The notes below the pieces were generated by a model. It was given only the letters and a program-made list of their open reading frames with translations. It was not told the origin of the DNA and searched no databases. The translations under genes were made by a program, and so were the position numbers. Source: an uncultured Solirubrobacterales bacterium (GTDB taxonomy: Bacteria; Actinomycetota; Thermoleophilia; Solirubrobacterales; 70-9). Taken from it: DNA of 64,000 nt. Below, in pieces: positions 18,057-26,450 of this stretch. Every line of letters begins with the position of its first letter. Position 1 is the stretch's first letter. The stretch lies in NCBI GenBank assembly GCA_963821025.1, contig CAWGCG010000003.1, forward strand, positions 1,144,931-1,208,930. Reading direction: 5' to 3'.

Positions 18057-18979
18057 CGCGGCTCCCCGGGATCCTCGCCCGCGGCGGTCAGCTCGAGGTA
18101 TATGTCCTCGAGCGTCGGTCTGCTCACCTGCAGGTCCTCGAGCTCGAGCGAGCGCTCGAGGGCCCAGCCGGTGAGCCGGTTGAGCACCCCGACGGGCGAG
18201 TGGGTGGTGACCTCGACCAAGCCGTCGCGAGCGCTGACCCCGAGCCCCTCCGGCAGATCCGCGGGGTCGATCCCCTGCGGCAGGCGGAAGCGGATCTCGG
18301 CGGGGCGGCGTCCGCGATCGCCAAGCTCTTCCGGACGGCCCTCGGCGACGATCCGGCCTGAGGCGATGATCGCCACCCGGTCGGCGAGCCGCTGCGCCTC
18401 GTCCATGTAGTGGGTAGTCAGAAAGACCGTCTTGCCAAGCAAACGCAGGCCGGCGACAACGTCCCAGGCCTGACGCCGGGCCGAGGGGTCGAAGCCCGTG
18501 GTCGGCTCGTCGAGGAAGAGCAGGTCGGGGTCGCCGATCAGCGCGACGCCGACGTCGAGGCGCCGCAGCTGCCCGCCCGAGAGCCGCCCCGCGCGAACGT
18601 CGGCGCTCGCCTGCAGCCCGACCTGCTCGATTGTCTCGCCGACGGGTCGCGGCCGCGGGTAGTACCCGGCGTAGAGCTCGAGCGTCTCGCTCACGGTGAG
18701 CTCGGCCCGCATCCGGCACTGCTGGAGCACGATCCCGATCCGCTCCCGCCACGACCGGTTTGCCCTCGCCGGGTCGACGCCGAGCACCGAGACCTCGCCG
18801 GCCGTCCGCTCTCGGTATCCCTCGAGCACCTCCGCCGTGGTCGTCTTGCCGGCCCCATTGGGCCCGAGGAAGGCGAAGACCTCCCCCCTGGCGACCTCGA
18901 GGTCGACGCCGCGCACAGCCTCGAAGTCCCCGTAGGCCTTGCGCAGGCCGCGGACCGAGATGACTGCTTCGCCGCTCAA
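18053..18979 (-). CDS. ABC transporter ATP-binding protein (DrrA-like)
   Basis: Walker A GPNGAGKTT, signature LSGGQLRR, Walker B LLFLDEPT. Confidence 0.9.
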   Translation of the reverse strand: MSGEAVISVRGLRKAYGDFEAVRGVDLEVARGEVFAFLGPNGAGKTTTAEVLEGYRERTAGEVSVLGVDPARANRSWRERIGIVLQQCRMRAELTVSETLELYAGYYPRPRPVGETIEQVGLQASADVRAGRLSGGQLRRLDVGVALIGDPDLLFLDEPTTGFDPSARRQAWDVVAGLRLLGKTVFLTTHYMDEAQRLADRVAIIASGRIVAEGRPEELGDRGRRPAEIRFRLPQGIDPADLPEGLGVSARDGLVEVTTHSPVGVLNRLTGWALERSLELEDLQVSRPTLEDIYLELTAAGEDPGEPR

Positions 18980-18989
18980 GTGATCGTGC

Positions 18990-19901
18990 TCAGCCGAGCT
19001 CGACGTCGCGGTGTACGACGCGCAACGAGATGTCGTCGCGGCTGGCGAGATGGCGGGCGACGCGATCCGCGATCGTCACCGAGCGGTGGCGCCCGCCGGT
19101 GCAGCCGATCGCGATCGAGAGGTGCGTCTTGCCCTCGGCCACGTAGGCGGGCAGCAGGAAGTCGAGCAGCGGCAGCAACCGCTGGTAGAACTCGCCCGCC
19201 AGCGCGCCCGCCTCGACGTGCTCGACCACGGCGGGGTCGCGACCGGTCAGCGGTCGCAGGTCCTCGCGGTAGTGGGGGTTGGGCAGGAAGCGGACGTCGA
19301 AGACGAGGTCGGCGTCGCGCGGGGGGCCGTTCTTGAAGCCGAAGGTCAGGATGGTCAGCGCCAGCTTCGACTTGGTCCGCGGCCCCAGTAGGTCGGTGGC
19401 GATCCGGCGGCGCAGCATCGCCCCGGTCAGGTCGGAGCTGTCCATGACGACGTCGGCGCGCTCGCGCAGCTGCCCGAGGATCTCGCGCTCGGCTCGGATC
19501 CCCTCGACCACGCGCCCGTCGGGCGCCAGCGGATGACGCCGCCGGGTCTCCTTGAAGCGGTCGACCAGGGTCTCCTCGTCGGCCTCGAGGAAGAGCACGG
19601 TGGGCTGGAGCCCGCCCGCGTGCAACTCCTCAAGCACCGCGATCAGATCGGCGAAGTAGTCGCCGCCGCGGACGTCGGTGACCACCGCCGCGCGGCGCAC
19701 ACCGCTGCCCTGATGGCGAAAGAGCTCGCCCAGCGAGGCGATCATCCGCGGCGGCAGGTTGTCGACGCAGAAGTAGCCCGAGTCCTCGAAGGCCGCGATC
19801 GCCTCCGACTTGCCGGCGCCCGAGTAGCCGGTGATCACGAACAGCTCCACCTGCTTGCCGAACAGGCTTTCGGTGTTGGTGCTGACTGGCGCCGAGGCCA
19901 T
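18990..19901 (-). CDS. rapZ: RNase adapter protein RapZ (YvcJ family nucleotide-binding protein)
   Basis: ITGYSGAGKSEAIAAFEDSGYFCVDNLP and C-terminal IGCTGGRHRSV. Confidence 0.9.
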   Translation of the reverse strand: MASAPVSTNTESLFGKQVELFVITGYSGAGKSEAIAAFEDSGYFCVDNLPPRMIASLGELFRHQGSGVRRAAVVTDVRGGDYFADLIAVLEELHAGGLQPTVLFLEADEETLVDRFKETRRRHPLAPDGRVVEGIRAEREILGQLRERADVVMDSSDLTGAMLRRRIATDLLGPRTKSKLALTILTFGFKNGPPRDADLVFDVRFLPNPHYREDLRPLTGRDPAVVEHVEAGALAGEFYQRLLPLLDFLLPAYVAEGKTHLSIAIGCTGGRHRSVTIADRVARHLASRDDISLRVVHRDVELG

Positions 19902-19907
19902 CTGCTT

Positions 19908-21782
19908 CTAACCCGCCTTGTTCAGCTGACGGTGGATGTCGCGGGCGAGCTTACCCGGGATCCCGGGCACCGCCTCGAGCTCCTCGCGGCTGGCGGTGAC
20001 CAGCCGGTCGGGCGAGCCGAAGTGCTCGAGCAGGGCACGCTTTCGGATCGGCCCGACCCCGCGCAGCTCGTCGAGCAGCGAGCTCGTCATCGCCTTCGAG
20101 CGGCGCCCGCGATGATGATCGAGGGCGAAGCGGTGCGCCTCGTCGCGGACCCGCTGCAAAAGGCGTGAGCCCTCCGAGTCAGGGTCGAGCTCGAGCGCCC
20201 CCGAGCGCCCCGGGACGAATACCTCCTCGAGCCGTTTGGCGAGCCCGACCACCGCTGTCCCGCGCTCGACCAGCGGCGCCAGCACCCGGATGCCCGCCGA
20301 GAGCTGGCCCTTGCCCCCGTCGATCACGATCAGATCCGGCACCGCGGCGAAGCTCTCGTCGCGGTCGGGGTCGTGCGGGGAGCGATCGGACTGCTCGAGC
20401 AGCTGGGCGACCCGGCGCGCGAGCACCTCCTCCATCGAGGCGAAATCGTCCGGGCCGTTGCGGCGATCGCCGCGTACCCGAAAGCGGCGGTAGTCCGACT
20501 TCTTCGGTGCGCCTCCCTGGAAGACGACCATCGAGGCGACGGTGTGCTCGCCACCGATGTTGGAGATGTCGAACCCCTCGACCCGAACCGGCAGCGACTC
20601 GAGCCCCAACGCGTCTTGAAGCGCCGAGAGCGCGTCCACGCGCTGGGCCCGGCGTCGCTCCTGCTTCAGTCGGTCCTGGGCCAGGGCGAGCTGGGCGTTG
20701 CGCTGGGCGAGCTCGCGCAGACGTCGCTTCGAGCCCCGCTCAGCCGCCCGGACCTCAACCGGCCCACCGCGCCGGGCCGAGAGCGCCTCGGCGACCAGCT
20801 CGGCCCGCTCGCCCATCTGCGGCCCGACGACGACCAAGCGGGGCACGACCGGCGCCGCCGAGTAGTACTGGGCGAGGAACTCCTCGGTGACCTCGGCCTC
20901 GTCGCGCTCGGCCTCGTTGGCCAGATAGAACCCGTGACGCTCGGCGAGGACCCCGTCGCGGACCTGGAACACCTGCGCGTTGGCCTCGGCGCCGTCGACT
21001 GCGACCGCGACCAGGTCGGCGCTCTCCAGCGACTCGCCGGCGACGCTGCGCCGCTCCATCAGCGATCGAACCGCCTCGAGACGGTCCCGGATCACAGCCG
21101 CGCGCTCGAACTCCTCGGCGTCGGCCGCCTCGGCCATCTTGCGCTCGAGGTCGCGCTCGACGTCGCGGTATCGCCCGGAGAGGAAGGCGACGATCGCGTC
21201 GATCCCGCGCCGGTACTCCTCGCGGTCGATGTAGCCGACGCAGGGCGCCGCGCAGCGCTTGATGTAGTAGTCGAGACAGGGCACCCCCGAGCGCCGGCCG
21301 GGCTCCGGGCCCTCGCAGGTGCGGTACTGGAACAGGCGTCCGAGCAGGTCGAGGGTCTCGCGTACGCGCTTGGCCGAGGAGTAGGGGCCGAAGTAGATCC
21401 GCGCCGAGCGATGGCGCTCGCGGGTGAAATAGACGCGCGGGAACTCCTCGTCGAGGCTTATCCCGATGTACGGGTAGGACTTGTCGTCGCGAAGACGGAT
21501 GTTGAAGCGCGGGCGGTGGCGCTTGATGAACTGCTGCTCCGCCAGCAGCGCCTCGGCCTCGGTTTCGGTGACGAGGAAGTCGATCGTCGCGATCTGGGAG
21601 ATCATCTCCTCGCCGCCCCGGCTCGAGGTGCGCGAGAAGTGGCCGCCGACGCGCTTGCGGATCGAGGTCGCCTTGCCGACGTACATGACCTTGCCGTTGT
21701 GGTCGGAGAACAGGTAGACGCCCGGCTGGTCGGGCAGGCGCTTTCGTTGTTCGTCGACCGAGAGGGGGCGGTTGTCGCTCAC
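19908..21782 (-). CDS. uvrC: Excinuclease ABC subunit C
   Basis: GIY-YIG N-terminus (PGVYLF..VMYVGKA), UvrB-interacting region, and C-terminal (HhH)2 GVGPIRKRALLEHFGS. Confidence 0.95.
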   Translation of the reverse strand: MSDNRPLSVDEQRKRLPDQPGVYLFSDHNGKVMYVGKATSIRKRVGGHFSRTSSRGGEEMISQIATIDFLVTETEAEALLAEQQFIKRHRPRFNIRLRDDKSYPYIGISLDEEFPRVYFTRERHRSARIYFGPYSSAKRVRETLDLLGRLFQYRTCEGPEPGRRSGVPCLDYYIKRCAAPCVGYIDREEYRRGIDAIVAFLSGRYRDVERDLERKMAEAADAEEFERAAVIRDRLEAVRSLMERRSVAGESLESADLVAVAVDGAEANAQVFQVRDGVLAERHGFYLANEAERDEAEVTEEFLAQYYSAAPVVPRLVVVGPQMGERAELVAEALSARRGGPVEVRAAERGSKRRLRELAQRNAQLALAQDRLKQERRRAQRVDALSALQDALGLESLPVRVEGFDISNIGGEHTVASMVVFQGGAPKKSDYRRFRVRGDRRNGPDDFASMEEVLARRVAQLLEQSDRSPHDPDRDESFAAVPDLIVIDGGKGQLSAGIRVLAPLVERGTAVVGLAKRLEEVFVPGRSGALELDPDSEGSRLLQRVRDEAHRFALDHHRGRRSKAMTSSLLDELRGVGPIRKRALLEHFGSPDRLVTASREELEAVPGIPGKLARDIHRQLNKAG

Positions 21783-21843
21783 CCCTCAAAGGTTAGGGTT
21801 CGCGTCCGCCGCGAAATCGAACTCGAGGAAGGCTTTTCCCGCA

Positions 21844-22671
21844 ATGAGCACCGCCACAATCCCCTCACCGCCCGAGCTCGCAACGATGCGGATCGAGGTC
21901 GACGGCGAGATCGGGACGCTGACCCTGGACCGTCCCGACGCCCTCAACGCGATCAGCCCGGAGATGATCGGCGAGCTCGTGCTCGCCTCCGCCTGGCTCG
22001 CCGACCACGCCGGGCTGCGGGCGCTGATCGTCACCGGCAGCGGCCGCGGCTTCTCCGCCGGCGGCGACGTCAACTGGTTCAAGCGCGGCCTCGAGGACCC
22101 CGAGCACGATCTGGCCGCCGAGGTCCGCCACGGCGCCGACGTCCTCCATCAGGCGATCGTCGACTTCCGCCGGATTCCCTACCCGGTGATCGCAGCCGTC
22201 AACGGCGTCGCCGCCGGCGCCGGATTCTCACTGGCGCTGATGTGCGACCTGAGGATCGCCTCGACCGAGGCGGCATTCGTCTGCGCCTACGGCAGGATCG
22301 GCGCCTCTCCCGACGGCGGCATGACCTATTTCCTGCCCCGGGCCGTCGGTCCGGCGAGGGCGATCGAGCTGATGCTCAACGACCCGCTGATCAGCGCCGA
22401 CGAGGCGCTCGAGCTCGGCCTGGTCAGCAAGGTGGTCGGGCCCGATGCGCTCCTCGCCGAGGCCCGGGCGAAGGCCGAGAAGCTGGCCGCGAAGGCGCCT
22501 CATTACATCCGCATGGTCAAGTCGCTGGTCGCCCAGAGCCTCGACAACACCCTCGCCGACCACCTGCAGCTCGAACGCCACGGGATCGCGGACTCGATGG
22601 CCACCGCCGACCTGCGCGAGGGCATCGGCGCCTTCTTCGACGGTCGCCAGCCGGAGTTCACCGGCAAGTAG
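21844..22671 (+). CDS. Enoyl-CoA hydratase/isomerase (crotonase) family protein
   Basis: LTLDRPDALNAIS, GSGRGFSAGGD, and AAVNGVAAGAGFSLAL. ATG 21844 chosen because the track start 21772 overlaps uvrC. Confidence 0.85.
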   Translation: MSTATIPSPPELATMRIEVDGEIGTLTLDRPDALNAISPEMIGELVLASAWLADHAGLRALIVTGSGRGFSAGGDVNWFKRGLEDPEHDLAAEVRHGADVLHQAIVDFRRIPYPVIAAVNGVAAGAGFSLALMCDLRIASTEAAFVCAYGRIGASPDGGMTYFLPRAVGPARAIELMLNDPLISADEALELGLVSKVVGPDALLAEARAKAEKLAAKAPHYIRMVKSLVAQSLDNTLADHLQLERHGIADSMATADLREGIGAFFDGRQPEFTGK

Positions 22672-22799
22672 GGGCCCGGCGGGGCGAGTTTTGCTCGCAT
22701 AGCGACCATTTGTCGCCCCGGCTTGACTCGCCGCAGTCGTCGCCCCGGCGGAGCGCGTAGAGTTCGGCCCACCCTCCGACCGCTCCGAAAGGACGCCGC

Positions 22800-23216
22800 A
22801 TGAGAAAGCTCGCGCTGCTGGCATCCCTGCTCGCCCTGGCCGCCTTCGGCCTCGCCGCCTGCGGCGGTGATGACGAGGAGACGAGCACCGAAGCGGCGAC
22901 CACTGAGACCACCGAGAGCGCGGGCGGCGGCGGCTCGGTCAGCGTCGAGGCCGACCCCGACGGGGCCCTCGCCTACACCACCACCGAGCTCAGCGCCCCG
23001 GCGGGCGATGTCACGGTTGAGTTCGACAACCCCTCGAGCACCGGCCACGACGTCGTGATCGAGGACGCCGACGGCAACGAGATCGCCCGCACCGACGTGA
23101 TCACCGGCGACACGACCACCACCGACGCCAAGCTCGAGGCCGGGGACTACACCTTCTTCTGCTCGGTCGACGGCCACCGCGACGCCGGCATGGAGGGAAC
23201 CCTGACGGCGGAGTAG
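22800..23216 (+). CDS. Cupredoxin (type 1 blue copper) lipoprotein
   Basis: Lipobox LAACG. Copper ligands H (STGHDV) and C..H..M (FFCSVDGHRDAGMEG). AAAGGA sits upstream of the ATG. Confidence 0.75.
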   Translation: MRKLALLASLLALAAFGLAACGGDDEETSTEAATTETTESAGGGGSVSVEADPDGALAYTTTELSAPAGDVTVEFDNPSSTGHDVVIEDADGNEIARTDVITGDTTTTDAKLEAGDYTFFCSVDGHRDAGMEGTLTAE

Positions 23217-23218
23217 GT

Positions 23219-23292
23219 ACTCGCCACTCGCCACTCGCCACTCGCGACTGGCGTATCAATACGGCGGCGAGAGGCCAGAGGCCAGTGGCCTC
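23219..23292. repeat. Heptad-periodic hairpin (ACTCGCC units) between convergent cupredoxin and maoC genes
   Basis: ACTCGCC x3, then ACTCGCG and ACTGGCG, with the complementary arm CGAGAGG CCAGAGG CCAGTGG. 23223..23245 pairs with 23267..23289, with 4 periodic mismatches in 23. Confidence 0.75.
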
Positions 23293-23760
23293 CTACGAAA
23301 CCAGCGCGCGACCGACCGACTCGGCGACGCAGACGGGCTTCTCGCCGCCCTCGCGCTCGAGCGTGAACCTGGTGACGATGTGCCACCAGCCGTCACCGAG
23401 CTCCTCGACCGAGAGCACCTCGGCGGTGGCCCGGACCTTGGCGCCGGCCGGTACCGGGGCCGGGAAGCGGACCTTGTTCCAGCCGTAGTTGATGCCCATG
23501 GTCACGCCCCGCTGATCGATCAGCTGACCGCGGAAGCCGTCGATCAGCGACAGCGTCAGGTTGCCGTGTGCGACGGTGGTTCCGAACGGGCTCTCCCGTT
23601 CGGCACGCTCGACGTCGACGTGGATCCACTGGTCGTCGCGCGAGACCTCGGCGAACTTGTCGATGTCCGACTGGGTCACCTCGACCCAATCGCTCGGGCC
23701 GACCGGCGTGCCGATCAGCTCGCGCAACTCGTCTATTCCGGACACGGTCAGGGCCGGCAT
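23293..23760 (-). CDS. MaoC-like (R)-specific enoyl-CoA hydratase / hotdog-fold dehydratase
   Basis: FAEVSRDDQWIHVDVERAERESPFGTTVAHGNLTLS hydratase-2 motif. Confidence 0.85.
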   Translation of the reverse strand: MPALTVSGIDELRELIGTPVGPSDWVEVTQSDIDKFAEVSRDDQWIHVDVERAERESPFGTTVAHGNLTLSLIDGFRGQLIDQRGVTMGINYGWNKVRFPAPVPAGAKVRATAEVLSVEELGDGWWHIVTRFTLEREGGEKPVCVAESVGRALVS

Positions 23761-23767
23761 CGGCGCT

Positions 23768-23804
23768 CAGCCTACTAGTCCACCAACCGCGCCTCGAGCG
23801 TCGG
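23768..23804. repeat. 37-bp direct repeat, copy 1 (matches the 3' end of the 667-aa gene)
   Basis: CAGCCTACTAGTCCACCAACCGCGCCTCGAGCGTCGG matches 24440..24476 at 33/37 positions by hand alignment. Confidence 0.75.
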
Positions 23805-23869
23805 GAAGGTCACGATCCGCCGGCGCCGCCCATCGGGGCGAGGATGCCGTGGACGCCGAAAAAGGCCTT
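23775..23869 (-). pseudogene. Possible degenerate duplicate of the SLT-gene 3' end (frameshifted)
   Basis: Two frames read KAFFGVHGILAPMGGAGGS and then IVTFPTLEARLVD-stop. The intact gene ends ARILGLIGGGGGIASQPTLEVRLVD-stop. Confidence 0.3.
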
Positions 23870-24023
23870 GCGCGGCGCTCATCGCCCCGGGAGTGGGCGA
23901 GAACCTCGATCACGTCGACGCTCGCATCCGTCTGATCGCGATCGAGCAGGATCGTGACGTCGTTTCCGCCGGCCACCTCGTAGACGACGGGATGCGTCCC
24001 TGAGCGTCGAGGCTGCAGCGCCG

Positions 24024-24401
24024 CTACGGCGCGGACCTCCACTGAGCCCGCCACTCTGGGGGGTCCCAGCCCTCAGCGACGTAGATCGTCTCGCGCGCGA
24101 TCTTGCCGCCTCGGAGCTCGTGGATGGCGACCCCGAAATTGACGGGGCCCTGGTCGTAGCTGGCCGTGAGCTCAACGACCCACAAGTCACCTCCGCCCCT
24201 GATCTCCTGGAACTCAAAGCTCACAGAGGCGGGATAGTTGCTTCTCCACTCGCGGAAGTTCTCGACGCCGACGAAGCGCTCGCCCGACTGCGGGAACTCG
24301 AGAACCGCGTCGTCGTGGTACATCTCATGAGCTCGCTCGGGATCGCTCGCCGAGTACTCGAAGTTCTGTTCGAGCATCGCCTGGACCGTCGCCGCATCCA
24401 T
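24024..24401 (-). CDS. SnoaL-like / NTF2-superfamily protein
   Basis: 125 aa. MLEQNFEYSASDPERAHEMYHDDAVLEFPQSGERF and later beta-rich segments are typical of SnoaL-like polyketide cyclase fold proteins. Confidence 0.65.
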   Translation of the reverse strand: MDAATVQAMLEQNFEYSASDPERAHEMYHDDAVLEFPQSGERFVGVENFREWRSNYPASVSFEFQEIRGGGDLWVVELTASYDQGPVNFGVAIHELRGGKIARETIYVAEGWDPPEWRAQWRSAP

Positions 24402-24439
24402 GCCCGACAGTTTGGTCGATCGGCCCCGGCTGAGGCTCG

Positions 24440-24476
24440 CAGTCCACTAATCCACCAACCGCACCTCGAGCGTCGG
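24440..24476. repeat. 37-bp direct repeat, copy 2 (stop codon plus last codons of the 667-aa gene)
   Basis: Partner of 23768..23804, 672 bp away. Confidence 0.75.
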
Positions 24477-26450
24477 CTGGCTCGCAATCCCCCCGCCGCC
24501 GCCGATCAAGCCGAGGATCCGGGCGACGTAGGCCTGGGTCTCGGGAATCGAGGGCACGCAATCGCAGGCGGCAACCGGCGCCGGCCCGGCGTTGTAGGCG
24601 GCCAGCGCCAGCTCCACCCGGTCGCCGAACTGCTCCAGCAGGTCCGCCATCAGATGCGCCTGGGCGTCGATCGCCGCCGCCGGATCGAACGGGTCGGTGA
24701 GCCCATAGGAGGCTGCGGTCCCGGGCATGAACTGGGCGATCCCCTGGGCGCCCGCGGGTGAGACGGCGAACGGGTTGAAGTTCGATTCGGCCATCAGCTG
24801 GGCGGCGAGCACCGCCGCCGAGACGTTCCAGCGCGCCGCGGCGGTCGCGATTGCCCGTCGAAAGCGAGCGGGCACGTAAGCCGGCAGGCTCGTCGCACCC
24901 GACTCGCCGTCGCCGCTCGCTGCGGCTTCGGGCCCGCTCGCGGCGCCGACCTGGTTGGCGGAAGCCGAGCACGGCGGCGGTCCCTCCGTGTAGCCGAAGT
25001 GCCAAGGCTCCCAGGAGTAGCGATTGAGAAAGCCGAAGCGCGGCGCGTTCGCCGCCAGCCAGCCGTAGGCGGCCGGTGGGGCGAGATCGAGCTCTGTGGC
25101 GCAGCGGTGGAGCGAGGTGCCCGGCGGGGCGACCCACTGCGGATCGGGGTTCTGCGCGAACAGGGCCGCCTGCTCGGCGTCGGAGCGAAAGCCCGAGTTG
25201 ACGACCAGCGCCAACCCGGCAGCCCTCGCCGCGGCCGCCATCCGGTCGAACGCCGCGGCGACGTCGGGGCGCATCCCCTCGCCCTGGCGATAAACGAGCG
25301 GTCCCGAATAGCCGCCGCCGGTTGCGGTCGCGGGAGCGCCGAAGGGTGCGGATGCGCCGGCGGCGGGAACCGCCTCGGCCTCTGCGTCGGCCACCACCGG
25401 CGGATCGGGGACCCCGGCGAGCTCGAGCGAGCCGCTGACCTCGGCGCGCACCCTCAGCGGGGCGAACGAATCGGCGTCTGGGAAGCGCAGCTCGAGCCGG
25501 CGCGGGTCGACCCCGTTTCGCTTGGCCGCCTCGAGCGCCGCCAGGGAAGCCTCACGCAGGTACTCGGCCTTGCGCAAGTGTGCCGGGTTCGTGGAGCCGT
25601 CGGCGAGCCGCGGCGCCACGAACAGGCGCTGGAAACGGTCACGCATCGACCGCGCCGCCGAGAGCGCGGCGAGGTCGGCGGACCGCTGGACCCTGGACTT
25701 GCCGCTGACCGCACCGCCGAAGGCGGCGAGCAGCAGGGCGCAGAAGATCAGCGCGAGCATGCCGCCGAGCGCCAGGGGCAGCGACTGACCCGTCTCGGCC
25801 GCGAGCCGACGGCGCAGGCCGCGTGGCCGCCGGCGCGGGCTCGGCCCGTCGCGCCCGGTCAGGCCGCGGGCGAGCCGCGCCGCCCGCAGCGAGGCATCGC
25901 CCCCGGGATCGATCCCTGCGAGAGCTCGCCGTCCGCCGACCCTGCCCGGCGCCCTGGTCGCGATCCGCACCCGCAGGTCGGCGGCGATCCACTCCCCCAC
26001 GCTCAGGGCGGCCAGCGCGCGCTGGGCGGGCAGCCGCGCTCTCGCCAGCACCGCGTCGATCGCGATTCGCTCGCAGTCGAGCGCCGCGCACAGGAGCCCG
26101 GCGGGGACGACGACGACCGCGGCGCTCAACGGCGCCGCCGCATCGAGGGCGGCGGCGAGCCGCTCGAGCCACCGCTCGTCCGCTGCCAGGCTGAGCCAGG
26201 CGAGGCGACCGCGAGCCGCCGCACCGAGGTCGGCGTCGCGCAGCCGCCGCTCGAGCTCGCGCGCCGGCCCCGAAGCCAGCATCGTCGGCCCCCTCGCCCG
26301 CTCCGCACCGACCTCGACCACCAGCACGCCGTCGTCGGCGCCGGGTGGTTCGGCCCGTTCTCGGGCACTCGCCAAGGCCACCGCGACCGAGGCGGCACAG
26401 GCGAGGCCGCCGCCGGACCCGGGCAGCTCGGTTGCAAGCACAGTGATCAC
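24447..26450 (-). CDS. Multidomain envelope protein: unknown N-terminal domain + TadG-like (Tad_N) membrane anchor + VanY/M15B D,D-carboxypeptidase + SLT lytic transglycosylase
   Basis: TadG-like region: ETGQSLPLALGGMLALIFCALLLAAFGG...RVQRSADLAALSAARS. VanY: SGFRSDAEQAALF, GTSLHRCATELD, EPWHF. SLT: AESNFNPFAVSPAGAQGIAQFMPGTA. 4-nt overlap with the upstream TadE-like gene. Confidence 0.8.
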   Translation of the reverse strand: MITVLATELPGSGGGLACAASVAVALASARERAEPPGADDGVLVVEVGAERARGPTMLASGPARELERRLRDADLGAAARGRLAWLSLAADERWLERLAAALDAAAPLSAAVVVVPAGLLCAALDCERIAIDAVLARARLPAQRALAALSVGEWIAADLRVRIATRAPGRVGGRRALAGIDPGGDASLRAARLARGLTGRDGPSPRRRPRGLRRRLAAETGQSLPLALGGMLALIFCALLLAAFGGAVSGKSRVQRSADLAALSAARSMRDRFQRLFVAPRLADGSTNPAHLRKAEYLREASLAALEAAKRNGVDPRRLELRFPDADSFAPLRVRAEVSGSLELAGVPDPPVVADAEAEAVPAAGASAPFGAPATATGGGYSGPLVYRQGEGMRPDVAAAFDRMAAAARAAGLALVVNSGFRSDAEQAALFAQNPDPQWVAPPGTSLHRCATELDLAPPAAYGWLAANAPRFGFLNRYSWEPWHFGYTEGPPPCSASANQVGAASGPEAAASGDGESGATSLPAYVPARFRRAIATAAARWNVSAAVLAAQLMAESNFNPFAVSPAGAQGIAQFMPGTAASYGLTDPFDPAAAIDAQAHLMADLLEQFGDRVELALAAYNAGPAPVAACDCVPSIPETQAYVARILGLIGGGGGIASQPTLEVRLVD

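Noticed and set aside
20373-22760. 795-aa plus-strand ORF antisense to uvrC that continues out of frame through the enoyl-CoA hydratase gene.
   Set aside because: It is the same high-GC artefact. The uvrC and crotonase frames carry unmistakable family motifs, and this ORF has none.
23767-24054. 95-aa minus-strand ORF between maoC and the SnoaL gene; the middle part VVYEVAGGNDVTILLDRDQTDASVDVIEVLAHS looks protein-like.
   Set aside because: Its start overlaps the SnoaL 3' end. Its C-terminal third is Ala/Arg/Pro-rich and out of frame with the PTLEARLVD relic. No family motif was recognised. It is kept only as part of the cassette/relic finding, not as a gene call.
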